From Thermodesulfovibrionia bacterium (GTDB lineage Bacteria; Nitrospirota; Thermodesulfovibrionia; UBA6902): a DNA stretch of 64,000 bases. The stretch is from positions 73,072 through 137,071 of the forward strand of contig JAUSMY010000046.1 in the NCBI GenBank assembly GCA_030646035.1, given 5' to 3'. This document shows, one piece after another, positions 20,283-30,501 of the stretch (positions are counted from its first letter, which is position 1; each line of letters starts with the position of its first letter). The notes beneath the pieces are model-generated. The model was not told the DNA's origin. It did no database searches and saw nothing but the letters and a program-made list of their open reading frames with translations. The position numbers and the translations under genes were made by a program.

Positions 20283-23200
20283 ATGGGAAGGATAATATCA
20301 AATAAGGTCAGTAGCATGAACTGGATGGCAAAGATCAGTCTCGTGCTGGTCTTCACTATGTTTTTCAGCATTCAAGGTTGGTATAGTCCAAAAATCGTTC
20401 AGGCTGCTATATCGAAACCGTCTAACTGGGCATCACAGTATGCCGCTGTCGCATATCCTGCCGGCACAATAAATGCCGCTTACACGGTAGCCGCTGGCAC
20501 TAACCGCCTGCTGGTTGTGGCTATATCATCCACACAAACCGCGGTCGGCACTGCGCAGACAGTGAGCAGCATCACTTATGGCGGACAGCCTCTTACATTA
20601 GCGGCCGGTGACGGGTCTTCTACTGTTACCTGGAACCATACATATCTCTATTACCTGAATGAGGCCGGTATACAGGCCGCTTCAGGCACAGCTCTTAATG
20701 TCACCATCTCAGGCGGCACATCTTACTATAACTGGGTTTATGCAGCGGTTTATGCAGGCGTGGATCAGACAGGCACACCTTATACTGATGCCAAAAATTT
20801 TAATAGCGTTGCAGCCTCAACAGCTGTAGGCCCTTTTAGTCCGACCCTGACAATAAATGTAAATGACCAGGCGATAGAGATCGTTAACCTTGCCAGAAGT
20901 ACTGCAAACGTAACTGCCCGCACAATTACCACATGGGCTACAGGCTGGACTACTGCAGGAGTTGCTCCTGCGAGTATTGTTACGAGTGGTCCAACAGCAA
21001 CAATGTATATTAGAGACAGAAATCTGCTGACTACCGCTAATGACGGCTCCCAGCATACAGAGAGCAATGCTGCCGCATTCGATTCAATGACAGCAATGAG
21101 CATTCAAGTTGCCCCTGTCGATTCCACACCTCCGAATGTCAGCACTGTGAATGTGGATCCGACATATACTAATGGCCCCACATCATACACAACGAGCGCA
21201 CCTGTTATCACGGCAATACTTACGGATGCTGAATCAACAGTGACAGGGTGTGAATATACAACGAACGGCTCAACATGGGTTACGGGTGTACTTACAGGCT
21301 CAAGCTCACCATGGACCTGCACCGGAAGCCCGACTGGTCTTACCGGTTCTCTTACACTTAATATACGCGGGACATCTTCAGCACCTGGCTATGGCACCGG
21401 CGTATCACAGGCAAGGACAGTGGATGTTGCTGTTCCAATAACAACTGATAGTTTGGTGTCATTTAATTGGGTTTCAACAGAAGATACTGTAACACTATAC
21501 CCGGTTGATGGCGGTTCTGGCGTTACTGCGGCAACAGGCATATATGGATGTTTCGGCACAGGCTGTACACCGGTTGTTCTTGGCGGGAACACTATGACGT
21601 CTGCCTGCGGAGCCGGCAATGAATGTTGGCTTGATGTTAGGTATTATTCCAAGGACAATCTCAATTGGACTGAGTCTACTGTGACATCCGCTTTTCAGGT
21701 ATTGGTTGACAGAGCGGCTCCTGCTGGACTTGCCGCTTCAAGCCCTGCTGATGAGGCATTAGATCTGCCGACCAGCACTACAGTCGATTCTACAACAGCA
21801 ACAGATAACGGAAGCGGTTCTATTGAATATTATTTTGAAGTTGATACAGATCCGGGCTTTTCCGCTCCTCAGACAGGCGGGTGGCAGGCAGGCACAAGCT
21901 ATGCGCCAACTCTTGCAAGCGGCCCGACATATTTCTGGCGCGTAAAGGCACGGGATGTCATTGGAAATGCAACCGCATGGACAACGCCAAGAAGTTTTTC
22001 AACTCTGGCGTCTTGTACGCGCAATGACCCGACTTTAACACTGGAAACTGACACAGGAGCTGTTCAAGGGTTTATCACTACTAACGGCGGCACAAAAGAT
22101 TACATATTAACGGTTATTAATAATGATAACGGTGGATGCGGAGATACAACTTTTGATTTCACTGTAACAGATACTGATGGTGGCAATAACTTTGATGCTC
22201 CCATATTGAGTTCTTTAATTGCTACTCTTGCGCCGGGGGCGCAGACTATCAGGACAGTTACTGTTACAGCTACTGCCGGCAAGACAACAGGGCAGAGCCT
22301 GACGTATGTAAACTATGACGGTATTGATCCAAATCATCTGAATGTTGTTAATTCCAATAATGTTACGACATTCATAAATGTTGTAGATTGCAATGCAAAT
22401 GTGCCATATCTTATCATTGGGCCTGACTCAGGTAATGTGGCAATCGGTGGAGACATTCAATATACTGTTACAGTGCAGAATACTGACACCGGGTCAGGGT
22501 GTTCAGCAGTAATATATAATATAAATATAGACAGTGAAACAAATTCAGCTAACTTTATTCTCCCTTCAACACTAAGTCTTCCGAGCAAGACTCTCTCTCC
22601 GGGACAGAAAGGCAGTGTTACAATTACAGTAACCTCAAAGATTGGAGCTGTACTTGATGAGATCAATATCACTACGATAGGTGTGACAGCTACCGGTCAT
22701 ACATCTCCTGCTGACGCAACTGCAACAACAACAGTGGGTAACCGTATCCTGCATAACTCAATAAATACAGGCTCAACCAAGTGGTCATCATCCGGCGGAT
22801 GGGGTGTTCCGGGCGGCAGATACGGTGAGTTTGACTGCACGACATGCCATACTACATCTGACGCGACTAACATAAAGAAGATCAGCAGTTCCATTACAAC
22901 GCCTAATCCGGCATCAGGAACATTGCCCGGTGACGGTCAGTCTATTGTTTTTACTACAATCAGCGCAGTCTCAGGAACATCCGGAGTGTTAGGTGATGAT
23001 TCAGATGCTACGAGAACGAGTTCAAACAGGATCTGTGAGGTGTGCCATACATATGATGTCTCTGGAGTGAATGGTGTTGTAGTTCATGCGTATGATCAGG
23101 TGACCTATGTTTCAGAATCTGTAACCAATAATCATCAGAACGCAAATGCAACTGACTGCATAGCCTGTCACAAGCATAAAGTCGGATTTATGCCTCCTGA

Positions 23201-25934
23201 CTGCGGAAGCTGTCATGGTAATCCTCCGGGAGCAGGTACTCCCGCGGGTTCGCTTGCCAGCAGTCCAAATACAACAGGTTCTGTGACTGTTGGAGCGCAT
23301 AATACTCATTACACCACACTTGGATATGGATGTTATACTTGCCATACCGGCTCTGTAATGCCTCATGAGAGTACTGCTTTGCCGGGACAGGGAGATATTA
23401 ATATCGGATTTAGCGCTTTTGGCTCAACATCTGGAACATACAGCGGCCAGACAGGTGTAAGCTATAATGATGTTGCAGGTACCGGAGGCCTTAACTGCTC
23501 AGCCTTATATTGTCACGGAGCAACACTTGACGGCACTTCAACCACTGCTCAGTGGAATGGGACGGTCGCATGCGGTAATTGCCATAAGGCAACAGCAGCT
23601 AATACGCCTACACTTGGCAACCATGCACGTCATGCGGGCAGCACTCAGGTGAATATAGCCTGTTCAGATTGTCACGGAGCTAACGGCGCAGGCGGTGGCG
23701 GACATGTTGGCGGAACAGTACAATGGGGTTTGAATACTTCAAGCGCGCTATTTGGAACGAGCGCACAATACAACTCAGCAGCATCCGGTACTAAGAACAA
23801 CTTGGCTCCGAGTTCATCGTATCAGACATGTACGACACTTTATTGCCACAGTAATGCACAGGGCGCAAGCGGGGTCGGAGTTCCTTCATCATATAAGTCG
23901 CCATTATGGGGCGCAGGAACGCTTGGCTGTGCAGGCTGTCATGTTGATATGACAAGCGCATCTGGCACCGCAAGCCATATTAAACATGCAAATTCATATG
24001 GTATGACATGTTCGAATTGCCACACCGGCTATACAGCAAGCACAACAAACGCTTCTGTACATGCAAACAACACTATAAATGTCACATTAGCTTCTGGCAC
24101 CTATTCCGGAGGCACCACACCGGGTGACCATGCTTCGGGCGGCGGATATGGAAGCTGTTCTACCAATAACTGTCACAGCGACGGCAAGGCAACACCATCT
24201 ACTTATACGAATCCCGCATGGGGCGGCACAGCAGCCTGCGGCACATGTCATGGAGTCGCAGCGGCTACACCGCCTGCGTCTACGCCGCATACCAAGCATG
24301 TCGGCACAGCGGCGAATTACAAGTACGCCTGCTACAAGTGTCATACTAATGTAGCTGTAACAGCGGATTCAACAACATCAGCTACTCTTAACGGCACCTA
24401 TACAACAACACATGTGAACGGCACAAGGAATGTTGACTTTGACGCTTCTTCAGTAGGCGGCTCATGGGCAAGCACTCAGTGCTCCAATACCTATTGTCAC
24501 AGCGCTGGCACAACATTCACAGTTGCTTCAGCAACACATTCGGCAATATCATGGAGCGGTACCAAGGATTGCGCTGGTTGTCATACAGGCGGCATATCAA
24601 CAGGACCGAGCTATACAAACAATTCACCTAAGACCAATACGCACGCACAGCATGTGACCACTTCTGGCTATGTCTGCGTTGACTGCCATAGCGGCACGGT
24701 CACCGGCTCTAACACTATCTCTGATACTTCAAAGCATCTTAACAAGGCTTATGATGTTTCAGGCGCAAGTGTGACTACATATTCATATGTATCTGACGGC
24801 GGCACATGTACGACAAAATGCCATGGGACAAAGACTGTGAAGTGGGGTACACAGACAACTGACGCTACATGTGTGAAGTGTCATGGTGTTGTCGGCACGA
24901 CATCAGTCCAGTATGCTTCGATGACAGCTACAGCAGCGCCCGGCTTTAACGGCACAGGGCTTGACACTAATGGCGAAGCCTCTGATACTGACAGTCAGGT
25001 AGGAGCGCATAATTCGCATCTTAACTCAGTAAGCAATTACAGTAGTGATATAGCCTGTAATGAGTGCCATGCGGTTCCTGCATCAGTCAATGCATCAGGG
25101 CATATAGACTCAACTCTTCCTGCTGAATTGACCTTTGGCACACTTGCCTCAACTAACGTGGGTTCAACCACAGCTCCGAACTATGCAAGTCCGAGCTGTA
25201 CAAATACATATTGCCATTATGGTAAATCATGGGGCGGCTATAGTCCTACTACTGCCAATGCAGCAGTCTCATGGATAAATACAGCTTATCTCAGCGGCAC
25301 GCCAAGCCTTGCCGGTGACTGTAATAAGTGTCATGCGTCACCTCCATCGAGCCATGCCGGCGGTATGGTGATAGCTGATTGTATCGGCTGTCATACACAT
25401 TTGAATAATGACGGAACCTTCCTGGATCCTTCTCTGCATATCAATGGTTTAGTTGACGCTGCCGGCGGCGGATGCGGCGGATGCCATGATTATGATAATG
25501 CCGGATCAAACTATGCCGGCGGTGTCTGGACAGGCGGCACCTGGGGCAAACTTCCCCATAGGGACGACCCGACAAATGAAGGATGGGGCGCGCACGCAGA
25601 GCATATAAATCATATTAAGACAAGGCTTGCTATCACATATGTTCTTTCAACATCAAACCAGACCTTTGGTACAGGCGAGCCTGCCAATGTTTGCGGAACC
25701 TGTCATACTAACACGGGCGGCAACCATTCAACAGGCGGCAGCACAGTACGTTCTATTAACTTTGGCGACGGAACATATAAATACGGCGGAGCTTCAGGCA
25801 CCAGCATCGCCTTGATGAGCTCAACCAACCCGACTTATAACGGTGTGAGCGCGACGTCTTCATTGGTGAATCCGAAGACCTGCTCGAACATTAGTTGTCA
25901 TTACAGCACAACCCCGGTATGGGAAGCATTTTAG
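20283..25934 (+). CDS. giant multiheme cytochrome c 3, ~26 heme motifs, ~800-aa non-heme N-terminal Ig/Fn3-like stalk
   Basis: YFWRVKARD Fn3-like strand and repeated Y.LTV.N.D Ig domains; hand count 19 CX2CH + 1 CX3CH + 6 CX4CH. Confidence 0.93.
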   Translation: MGRIISNKVSSMNWMAKISLVLVFTMFFSIQGWYSPKIVQAAISKPSNWASQYAAVAYPAGTINAAYTVAAGTNRLLVVAISSTQTAVGTAQTVSSITYGGQPLTLAAGDGSSTVTWNHTYLYYLNEAGIQAASGTALNVTISGGTSYYNWVYAAVYAGVDQTGTPYTDAKNFNSVAASTAVGPFSPTLTINVNDQAIEIVNLARSTANVTARTITTWATGWTTAGVAPASIVTSGPTATMYIRDRNLLTTANDGSQHTESNAAAFDSMTAMSIQVAPVDSTPPNVSTVNVDPTYTNGPTSYTTSAPVITAILTDAESTVTGCEYTTNGSTWVTGVLTGSSSPWTCTGSPTGLTGSLTLNIRGTSSAPGYGTGVSQARTVDVAVPITTDSLVSFNWVSTEDTVTLYPVDGGSGVTAATGIYGCFGTGCTPVVLGGNTMTSACGAGNECWLDVRYYSKDNLNWTESTVTSAFQVLVDRAAPAGLAASSPADEALDLPTSTTVDSTTATDNGSGSIEYYFEVDTDPGFSAPQTGGWQAGTSYAPTLASGPTYFWRVKARDVIGNATAWTTPRSFSTLASCTRNDPTLTLETDTGAVQGFITTNGGTKDYILTVINNDNGGCGDTTFDFTVTDTDGGNNFDAPILSSLIATLAPGAQTIRTVTVTATAGKTTGQSLTYVNYDGIDPNHLNVVNSNNVTTFINVVDCNANVPYLIIGPDSGNVAIGGDIQYTVTVQNTDTGSGCSAVIYNINIDSETNSANFILPSTLSLPSKTLSPGQKGSVTITVTSKIGAVLDEINITTIGVTATGHTSPADATATTTVGNRILHNSINTGSTKWSSSGGWGVPGGRYGEFDCTTCHTTSDATNIKKISSSITTPNPASGTLPGDGQSIVFTTISAVSGTSGVLGDDSDATRTSSNRICEVCHTYDVSGVNGVVVHAYDQVTYVSESVTNNHQNANATDCIACHKHKVGFMPPDCGSCHGNPPGAGTPAGSLASSPNTTGSVTVGAHNTHYTTLGYGCYTCHTGSVMPHESTALPGQGDINIGFSAFGSTSGTYSGQTGVSYNDVAGTGGLNCSALYCHGATLDGTSTTAQWNGTVACGNCHKATAANTPTLGNHARHAGSTQVNIACSDCHGANGAGGGGHVGGTVQWGLNTSSALFGTSAQYNSAASGTKNNLAPSSSYQTCTTLYCHSNAQGASGVGVPSSYKSPLWGAGTLGCAGCHVDMTSASGTASHIKHANSYGMTCSNCHTGYTASTTNASVHANNTINVTLASGTYSGGTTPGDHASGGGYGSCSTNNCHSDGKATPSTYTNPAWGGTAACGTCHGVAAATPPASTPHTKHVGTAANYKYACYKCHTNVAVTADSTTSATLNGTYTTTHVNGTRNVDFDASSVGGSWASTQCSNTYCHSAGTTFTVASATHSAISWSGTKDCAGCHTGGISTGPSYTNNSPKTNTHAQHVTTSGYVCVDCHSGTVTGSNTISDTSKHLNKAYDVSGASVTTYSYVSDGGTCTTKCHGTKTVKWGTQTTDATCVKCHGVVGTTSVQYASMTATAAPGFNGTGLDTNGEASDTDSQVGAHNSHLNSVSNYSSDIACNECHAVPASVNASGHIDSTLPAELTFGTLASTNVGSTTAPNYASPSCTNTYCHYGKSWGGYSPTTANAAVSWINTAYLSGTPSLAGDCNKCHASPPSSHAGGMVIADCIGCHTHLNNDGTFLDPSLHINGLVDAAGGGCGGCHDYDNAGSNYAGGVWTGGTWGKLPHRDDPTNEGWGAHAEHINHIKTRLAITYVLSTSNQTFGTGEPANVCGTCHTNTGGNHSTGGSTVRSINFGDGTYKYGGASGTSIALMSSTNPTYNGVSATSSLVNPKTCSNISCHYSTTPVWEAF

Positions 25935-25979
25935 AGTGAGGGGTAGAATATGAAAATTATAAAAGTGAGGGAGATCAAC

Positions 25980-28900
25980 ATGAGAGGGACAAAAGATAAA
26001 AAGACCGGAGGCATGAACTTGAGGAAGCCCAAGATCAGTCTCGTGCTGATCTTCACTATAATATTAAGTATCTTTATGCTTCAGGGCTGGATCGGCTTGA
26101 AATCTGCAGATGCGATGCCGCTGGTAAAGAAGGGCACTATTGTAAAGAACACGGCCACCGGCGCGCAGGCTGTCACCGGAGTGGGGTTCCAGCCCAAGGC
26201 TGTGGTGTTCTGGTGGACGAGGCAGAACACATTTAACGCGAACAACGCCGGCATTTCCACAGGTTACGGCTATGCCGCTGCCTTGCCGACAATCACTCAG
26301 GGATCAGTTGCCGCAGCGGCAAGGGATAATCTGGCGACAACTGACAACAATTTCATGGAGTCAATCACATACTCTATCGTTATACTTAATCCCGGCGCTA
26401 CGGGCACGCCGATGGTTGCCAGGGCCTCGGTCACTGCATTCGGAGCTGACGGCTTCACCCTTAACTGGCAAACCAACGAGGCGCAGGCCAACCAGATACA
26501 CTATATGGCTATCGGAGGCGCGGATATAACGGATGCCAGGGTTGGCACCTTTGCCGGACCTGCTGTAGCAGGCTCAGCAGCGGTCACAGGGGTTGGCTTT
26601 CAACCGGACGCGGTGTTGTTTGTTGCGGGCAATAGGACCGGAGTTACATGGGACACAATTGTCGCTGAGGGCGCGCAGACGATAGGCTTCATGTCGTCTG
26701 CCACATCACAAGCGTCAATAGGCTGGTCTGCCAGAGATGCTCAGACCGCGCTATCAAACGCTCATGCATGGTCCGGGGCGCAGGCCATTACAGGGCTCAG
26801 GCGTAACGCCCTTGACCAACAGGCAGCCTTCACCTCCATGGACGCTGACGGATTCACCTTAAACTTCACACAAACAGGCGGTGCTTCTAATTATATTTAT
26901 TTGGCCCTCAAGGGCGGACTTTTTAAAATGGGCACGTTCAATAAAAACACAGCGGCAGGCGCGCAGAGCGTCACCGGCTTAGGATTCCAGCCCAGCGGCC
27001 TGATGCTTTTAAGCGAGAGCGACAACGTGGCAGCGGCCACGGCCCGCGCCAGTGCCAACCCGGCCTCAAACCTCTCCATCGGCGCCACAGACGGCACAAC
27101 ATCCGGTTCGACATGGATGCACTATCGGTCAATCGCCACAACAGACACCAACACATTTACATATAACACGAATATTATGAAGATGGGCATAAATACTAAC
27201 GCCACTGTAACTAACTACGGCGAGGCCACGTTTACGTCCTTCAACACAGACGGATTTACGATAAACTGGACCACCTCAGACGCCACGGCCCGTAACTTAA
27301 TCTATTGGGCCATCGGCGGGGTACTAGGTGATTCAGTGAATGTCGCAGATGGTACTGACCCAGCGAATGCTAACGCAGGCCGCGGCAGTACAAATAATAT
27401 AGCTGACAGCTTTACGATGGTCGCAGTCAATACCCTGGATGGCCTGGCAGATGTAACCGGTGTTACTTCAAGCTTTACAAACAGTGCAAACATCTCGGGC
27501 GTCAGGCTATATAAAGATAACGGGGTTGCAGGGACATATGAGCCCGGGACTGATACGCTGCTTTCGACCGGAACACCCGGTGCATCAGTAAGCTTTACGG
27601 GCTTTACTGAAAACCTTACAACAACAGCGGCAAACTACCTGATTTTAGTTGATATCGCAGGCGGCGCTACTTTGGCGCAGACAATTGATACCTCTGTAAC
27701 CGCTGTTACGGTTACGTCTCCTGATGTGCAGGGCACTATATCAGACGCATCCAATCCAACAAGGCTTACCATTATTGATCTGCCGCATGAAGATGCAGGT
27801 ACGGCATCAAATACAGCAATAGCTGCAAGTCCTCAGCTTGAAGGCGGAACAGGCATTCTGATGCAGCGTTTTCAGGTTTCGAGCGCAACCAGCAGCGCAG
27901 GCGCGCAGGACAATCAGCTTGAGCTTAACTCTCTCGGCATTGACGACCTCGGCACTGCAACCGGAGCCAGGACCGCAAAGGCGTATATTGATACAACAAG
28001 CTCTGCAACGCTTCCCGGAACAGCGGTGCTCATCGGGACTCTCTCTTCATGGACAGGCGCTCCCACAACGATAACCCTGAATCAGGGAACCGCAGGTGAC
28101 AGAACAGTAACTAACGCAACTCCGAGGTACATATATATTGTCTATGATCTGCCGGCAGGCGCGACCCAGACCGTTCAGTCAAGTATCACATCTGTAGGCG
28201 CTGTCAGCCCTGATGCCGGACAGACAGGCCTTACATTGAACTCAAATGCGATCACACTAAGCGCTGACCCGTCAACTATTACATCATGCGCCGGCTGTCA
28301 TGGCTATGGAGCCACACTTACAGATGGCACAGCGCGTAATGTTCCGGATGGCAAGTTCCCCGGTTCTCATAATAAACATGTAAATACTTATGGCAAGGCA
28401 TGTTCAGTATGCCATGCTGTGCCAGCAACTGAAACAGGCGCGAATTATACACACCGTAACAACACCATTGAGATGTCTGGCTCTATTAACGGAACATCCG
28501 GGGCTGTATATGTTAAAGGCACAAGCTGGACACAGACAACCATACCTGCTGCTTATACGGGATGTACCAACACTTATTGCCATAGCAGCGGAGTAGGTGT
28601 TCTCTCCGGCACAATTCCGTCCAACACATCGATAACATGGGGAACAACCGCTACATGCGGCAGTTGTCATGGCACGGCCTTAGATGATGGCAGGCCTAAT
28701 TACACAAACAATAGCCCTAAACGTAATACGCACGGTGATGGCGCAAGCTATGGCGTTACACACAAAGCTACTGCATGTACAACGTGCCATACAGGTGTAT
28801 CAGGGACTGCAGGTTCATATACAGTTGATCCTGCAACACATAACAACGGGGTATATAACCTGTCTGGGACATTTGGATATACGCAGGCTACAGGCACATG

Positions 28901-30245
28901 CTCAACACCCGGCTGCCACGGTTCATCAACCTGGGGCACCTCACTCGGCTGCGTTGACTGCCATGCCTCGGCACAGGGAACTCGTAGTATTATCACCGGC
29001 GCTTCTGGTGAATTCGGTTTGGCATGGGGACATAAGAAATCCGCACGTGGAACTGTGACCGATGCTGATTGTATCGTCTGTCATCTTGAAGGTGCGTATA
29101 CTTCCGGCGTAGGTTCAGCAGTCGCGAAGACAGCCTATCATTCCGGAGCTCCTAATGGCAACATAGACCTGCGTGATCCTGACGGGGCTGGTGAGACTGC
29201 GATCACAAATAATAGCGGCGGTGCATTTACCTTCACTAAGTACTCGATATCATATGCTGCCGGCTCCCGTACGACGACCTTGGGTAACACAATTCCTGAA
29301 GTTATCACGGTTAAGTTCTGTATGAAATGTCATGACAGTAATGGCGCTACCAATACAACCGCACGATCGAACAACGGCGGTACCGGTACTGCTACACAGC
29401 CGTTTGGCGGCATAAGCACCGGATATTCCGTAATTAACGGCGCTGCAGCCGTTAATGGGCTCATCGATGTAAGCACCCAGTTTGCCGCAGCCAACTCTTC
29501 ACGGCATCCTGTAGGCGCTCCGAACTCGAGGAGGTATCCATATTCAACACGGCTCGCTTCTCCATATAATAATATTGGAACAACAAGGGATGCTAATACA
29601 CAAGTTGGCAATACCGCAACGCCACGTGTCGCGGCAAACAGCGTTGTTCTCGTCTGTGATGATTGCCATACCGTAACTACTGCCGCAGGCTCGTTGCCGA
29701 GCTTAACGAATCGTACTATTACGGCACACGGTACTGCTCAAACAGATAACGTGCGTGGTACATTTATGGTTGCGACTCCTGTGTTGTGTCTGTCATGTCA
29801 TGGTGGGACTACTACTCCAAATACAACAACTGCACAGATCGATACCACCAACGGAGATCACAATCCCGGCTCAGCCTATGCGGTCGGCACGACCAGAGTC
29901 AATAGTTTTATAAGTAATTGCGGATACTGCCACTTTAGCGCTTTAACAACACCGGTCAGACCTATCAAGGCTCAGGATATTCACGGCTTCAATGGGATGC
30001 AGACAACAGGCGCAGCATGGGCATGGGGTACTATATCTGGTATGCGGCCGGTTGCATTTATGCGTAACGTAGCTAATTTTGCAACTGCATCACCTCGTCC
30101 TTATAGTGCGACACTTGCAGGCCCGGGCCAGTTTACCCTTGCCGGAGGTCAATCCTCTTGTGCCGGAACAGGCGATCTTACTAATGGCTCTTGTTCTGGT
30201 CAGACAGGTAAGCATACCCCATACTCACCGGGTGGTTCATACTGA
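25980..30245 (+). CDS. giant multiheme cytochrome c 4, ~12 heme motifs, large N-terminal repeat/adhesin-like region
   Basis: hand count 10 CX2CH + 2 CX4CH; three VTG(V/L)GFQP repeats; start chosen at 25980 after GAGGGAG (25950 also possible). Confidence 0.92.
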   Translation: MRGTKDKKTGGMNLRKPKISLVLIFTIILSIFMLQGWIGLKSADAMPLVKKGTIVKNTATGAQAVTGVGFQPKAVVFWWTRQNTFNANNAGISTGYGYAAALPTITQGSVAAAARDNLATTDNNFMESITYSIVILNPGATGTPMVARASVTAFGADGFTLNWQTNEAQANQIHYMAIGGADITDARVGTFAGPAVAGSAAVTGVGFQPDAVLFVAGNRTGVTWDTIVAEGAQTIGFMSSATSQASIGWSARDAQTALSNAHAWSGAQAITGLRRNALDQQAAFTSMDADGFTLNFTQTGGASNYIYLALKGGLFKMGTFNKNTAAGAQSVTGLGFQPSGLMLLSESDNVAAATARASANPASNLSIGATDGTTSGSTWMHYRSIATTDTNTFTYNTNIMKMGINTNATVTNYGEATFTSFNTDGFTINWTTSDATARNLIYWAIGGVLGDSVNVADGTDPANANAGRGSTNNIADSFTMVAVNTLDGLADVTGVTSSFTNSANISGVRLYKDNGVAGTYEPGTDTLLSTGTPGASVSFTGFTENLTTTAANYLILVDIAGGATLAQTIDTSVTAVTVTSPDVQGTISDASNPTRLTIIDLPHEDAGTASNTAIAASPQLEGGTGILMQRFQVSSATSSAGAQDNQLELNSLGIDDLGTATGARTAKAYIDTTSSATLPGTAVLIGTLSSWTGAPTTITLNQGTAGDRTVTNATPRYIYIVYDLPAGATQTVQSSITSVGAVSPDAGQTGLTLNSNAITLSADPSTITSCAGCHGYGATLTDGTARNVPDGKFPGSHNKHVNTYGKACSVCHAVPATETGANYTHRNNTIEMSGSINGTSGAVYVKGTSWTQTTIPAAYTGCTNTYCHSSGVGVLSGTIPSNTSITWGTTATCGSCHGTALDDGRPNYTNNSPKRNTHGDGASYGVTHKATACTTCHTGVSGTAGSYTVDPATHNNGVYNLSGTFGYTQATGTCSTPGCHGSSTWGTSLGCVDCHASAQGTRSIITGASGEFGLAWGHKKSARGTVTDADCIVCHLEGAYTSGVGSAVAKTAYHSGAPNGNIDLRDPDGAGETAITNNSGGAFTFTKYSISYAAGSRTTTLGNTIPEVITVKFCMKCHDSNGATNTTARSNNGGTGTATQPFGGISTGYSVINGAAAVNGLIDVSTQFAAANSSRHPVGAPNSRRYPYSTRLASPYNNIGTTRDANTQVGNTATPRVAANSVVLVCDDCHTVTTAAGSLPSLTNRTITAHGTAQTDNVRGTFMVATPVLCLSCHGGTTTPNTTTAQIDTTNGDHNPGSAYAVGTTRVNSFISNCGYCHFSALTTPVRPIKAQDIHGFNGMQTTGAAWAWGTISGMRPVAFMRNVANFATASPRPYSATLAGPGQFTLAGGQSSCAGTGDLTNGSCSGQTGKHTPYSPGGSY

Positions 30246-30275
30246 TCATATTACTGATGTAGTTTTGTAAGTTGT

Positions 30276-30310
30276 AAAAGCCCCACCTCAATGCAGGTGG
30301 GGCTTTTTTT
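30276..30310 (+). terminator. intrinsic terminator after the cytochrome operon
   Basis: AAAAGCCCCACCT-caatgc-AGGTGGGGCTTTTTTT. Confidence 0.9.
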
Positions 30311-30347
30311 CTGGTAATGAAACGTATAATAGAAGAAGTTGTTTTGT

Positions 30348-30451
30348 CGTCATACCCGTGCTTAAGACACCTACTGTTGGCGAAGGCGGGTATCCAGAAG
30401 TCTTTGTTTTTCAAAGAAACTGGATTCCCGATAAAGGAACTCGGGAATGAC
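30348..30451. repeat. REP-like inverted dimer (GTCAT-CC..GG-ATCCAG family) with a 22-nt insert
   Basis: CGTCATACCCG[22 nt]CGAAGGCGGGTATCCAG ... CTGGATTCCCG..TCGGGAATGAC. Confidence 0.8.
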
Positions 30452-30501
30452 AAACTAAGACATTTGCAAGAGTCTCAAATAATATTTCGAGAGGTTATTG
30501 T

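Noticed and set aside
12197-30245. Naming the cytochromes omcS/omcZ/mtrC etc.
   Set aside because: Size, heme number and CX4CH modules do not match those proteins; orthology cannot be assigned by eye
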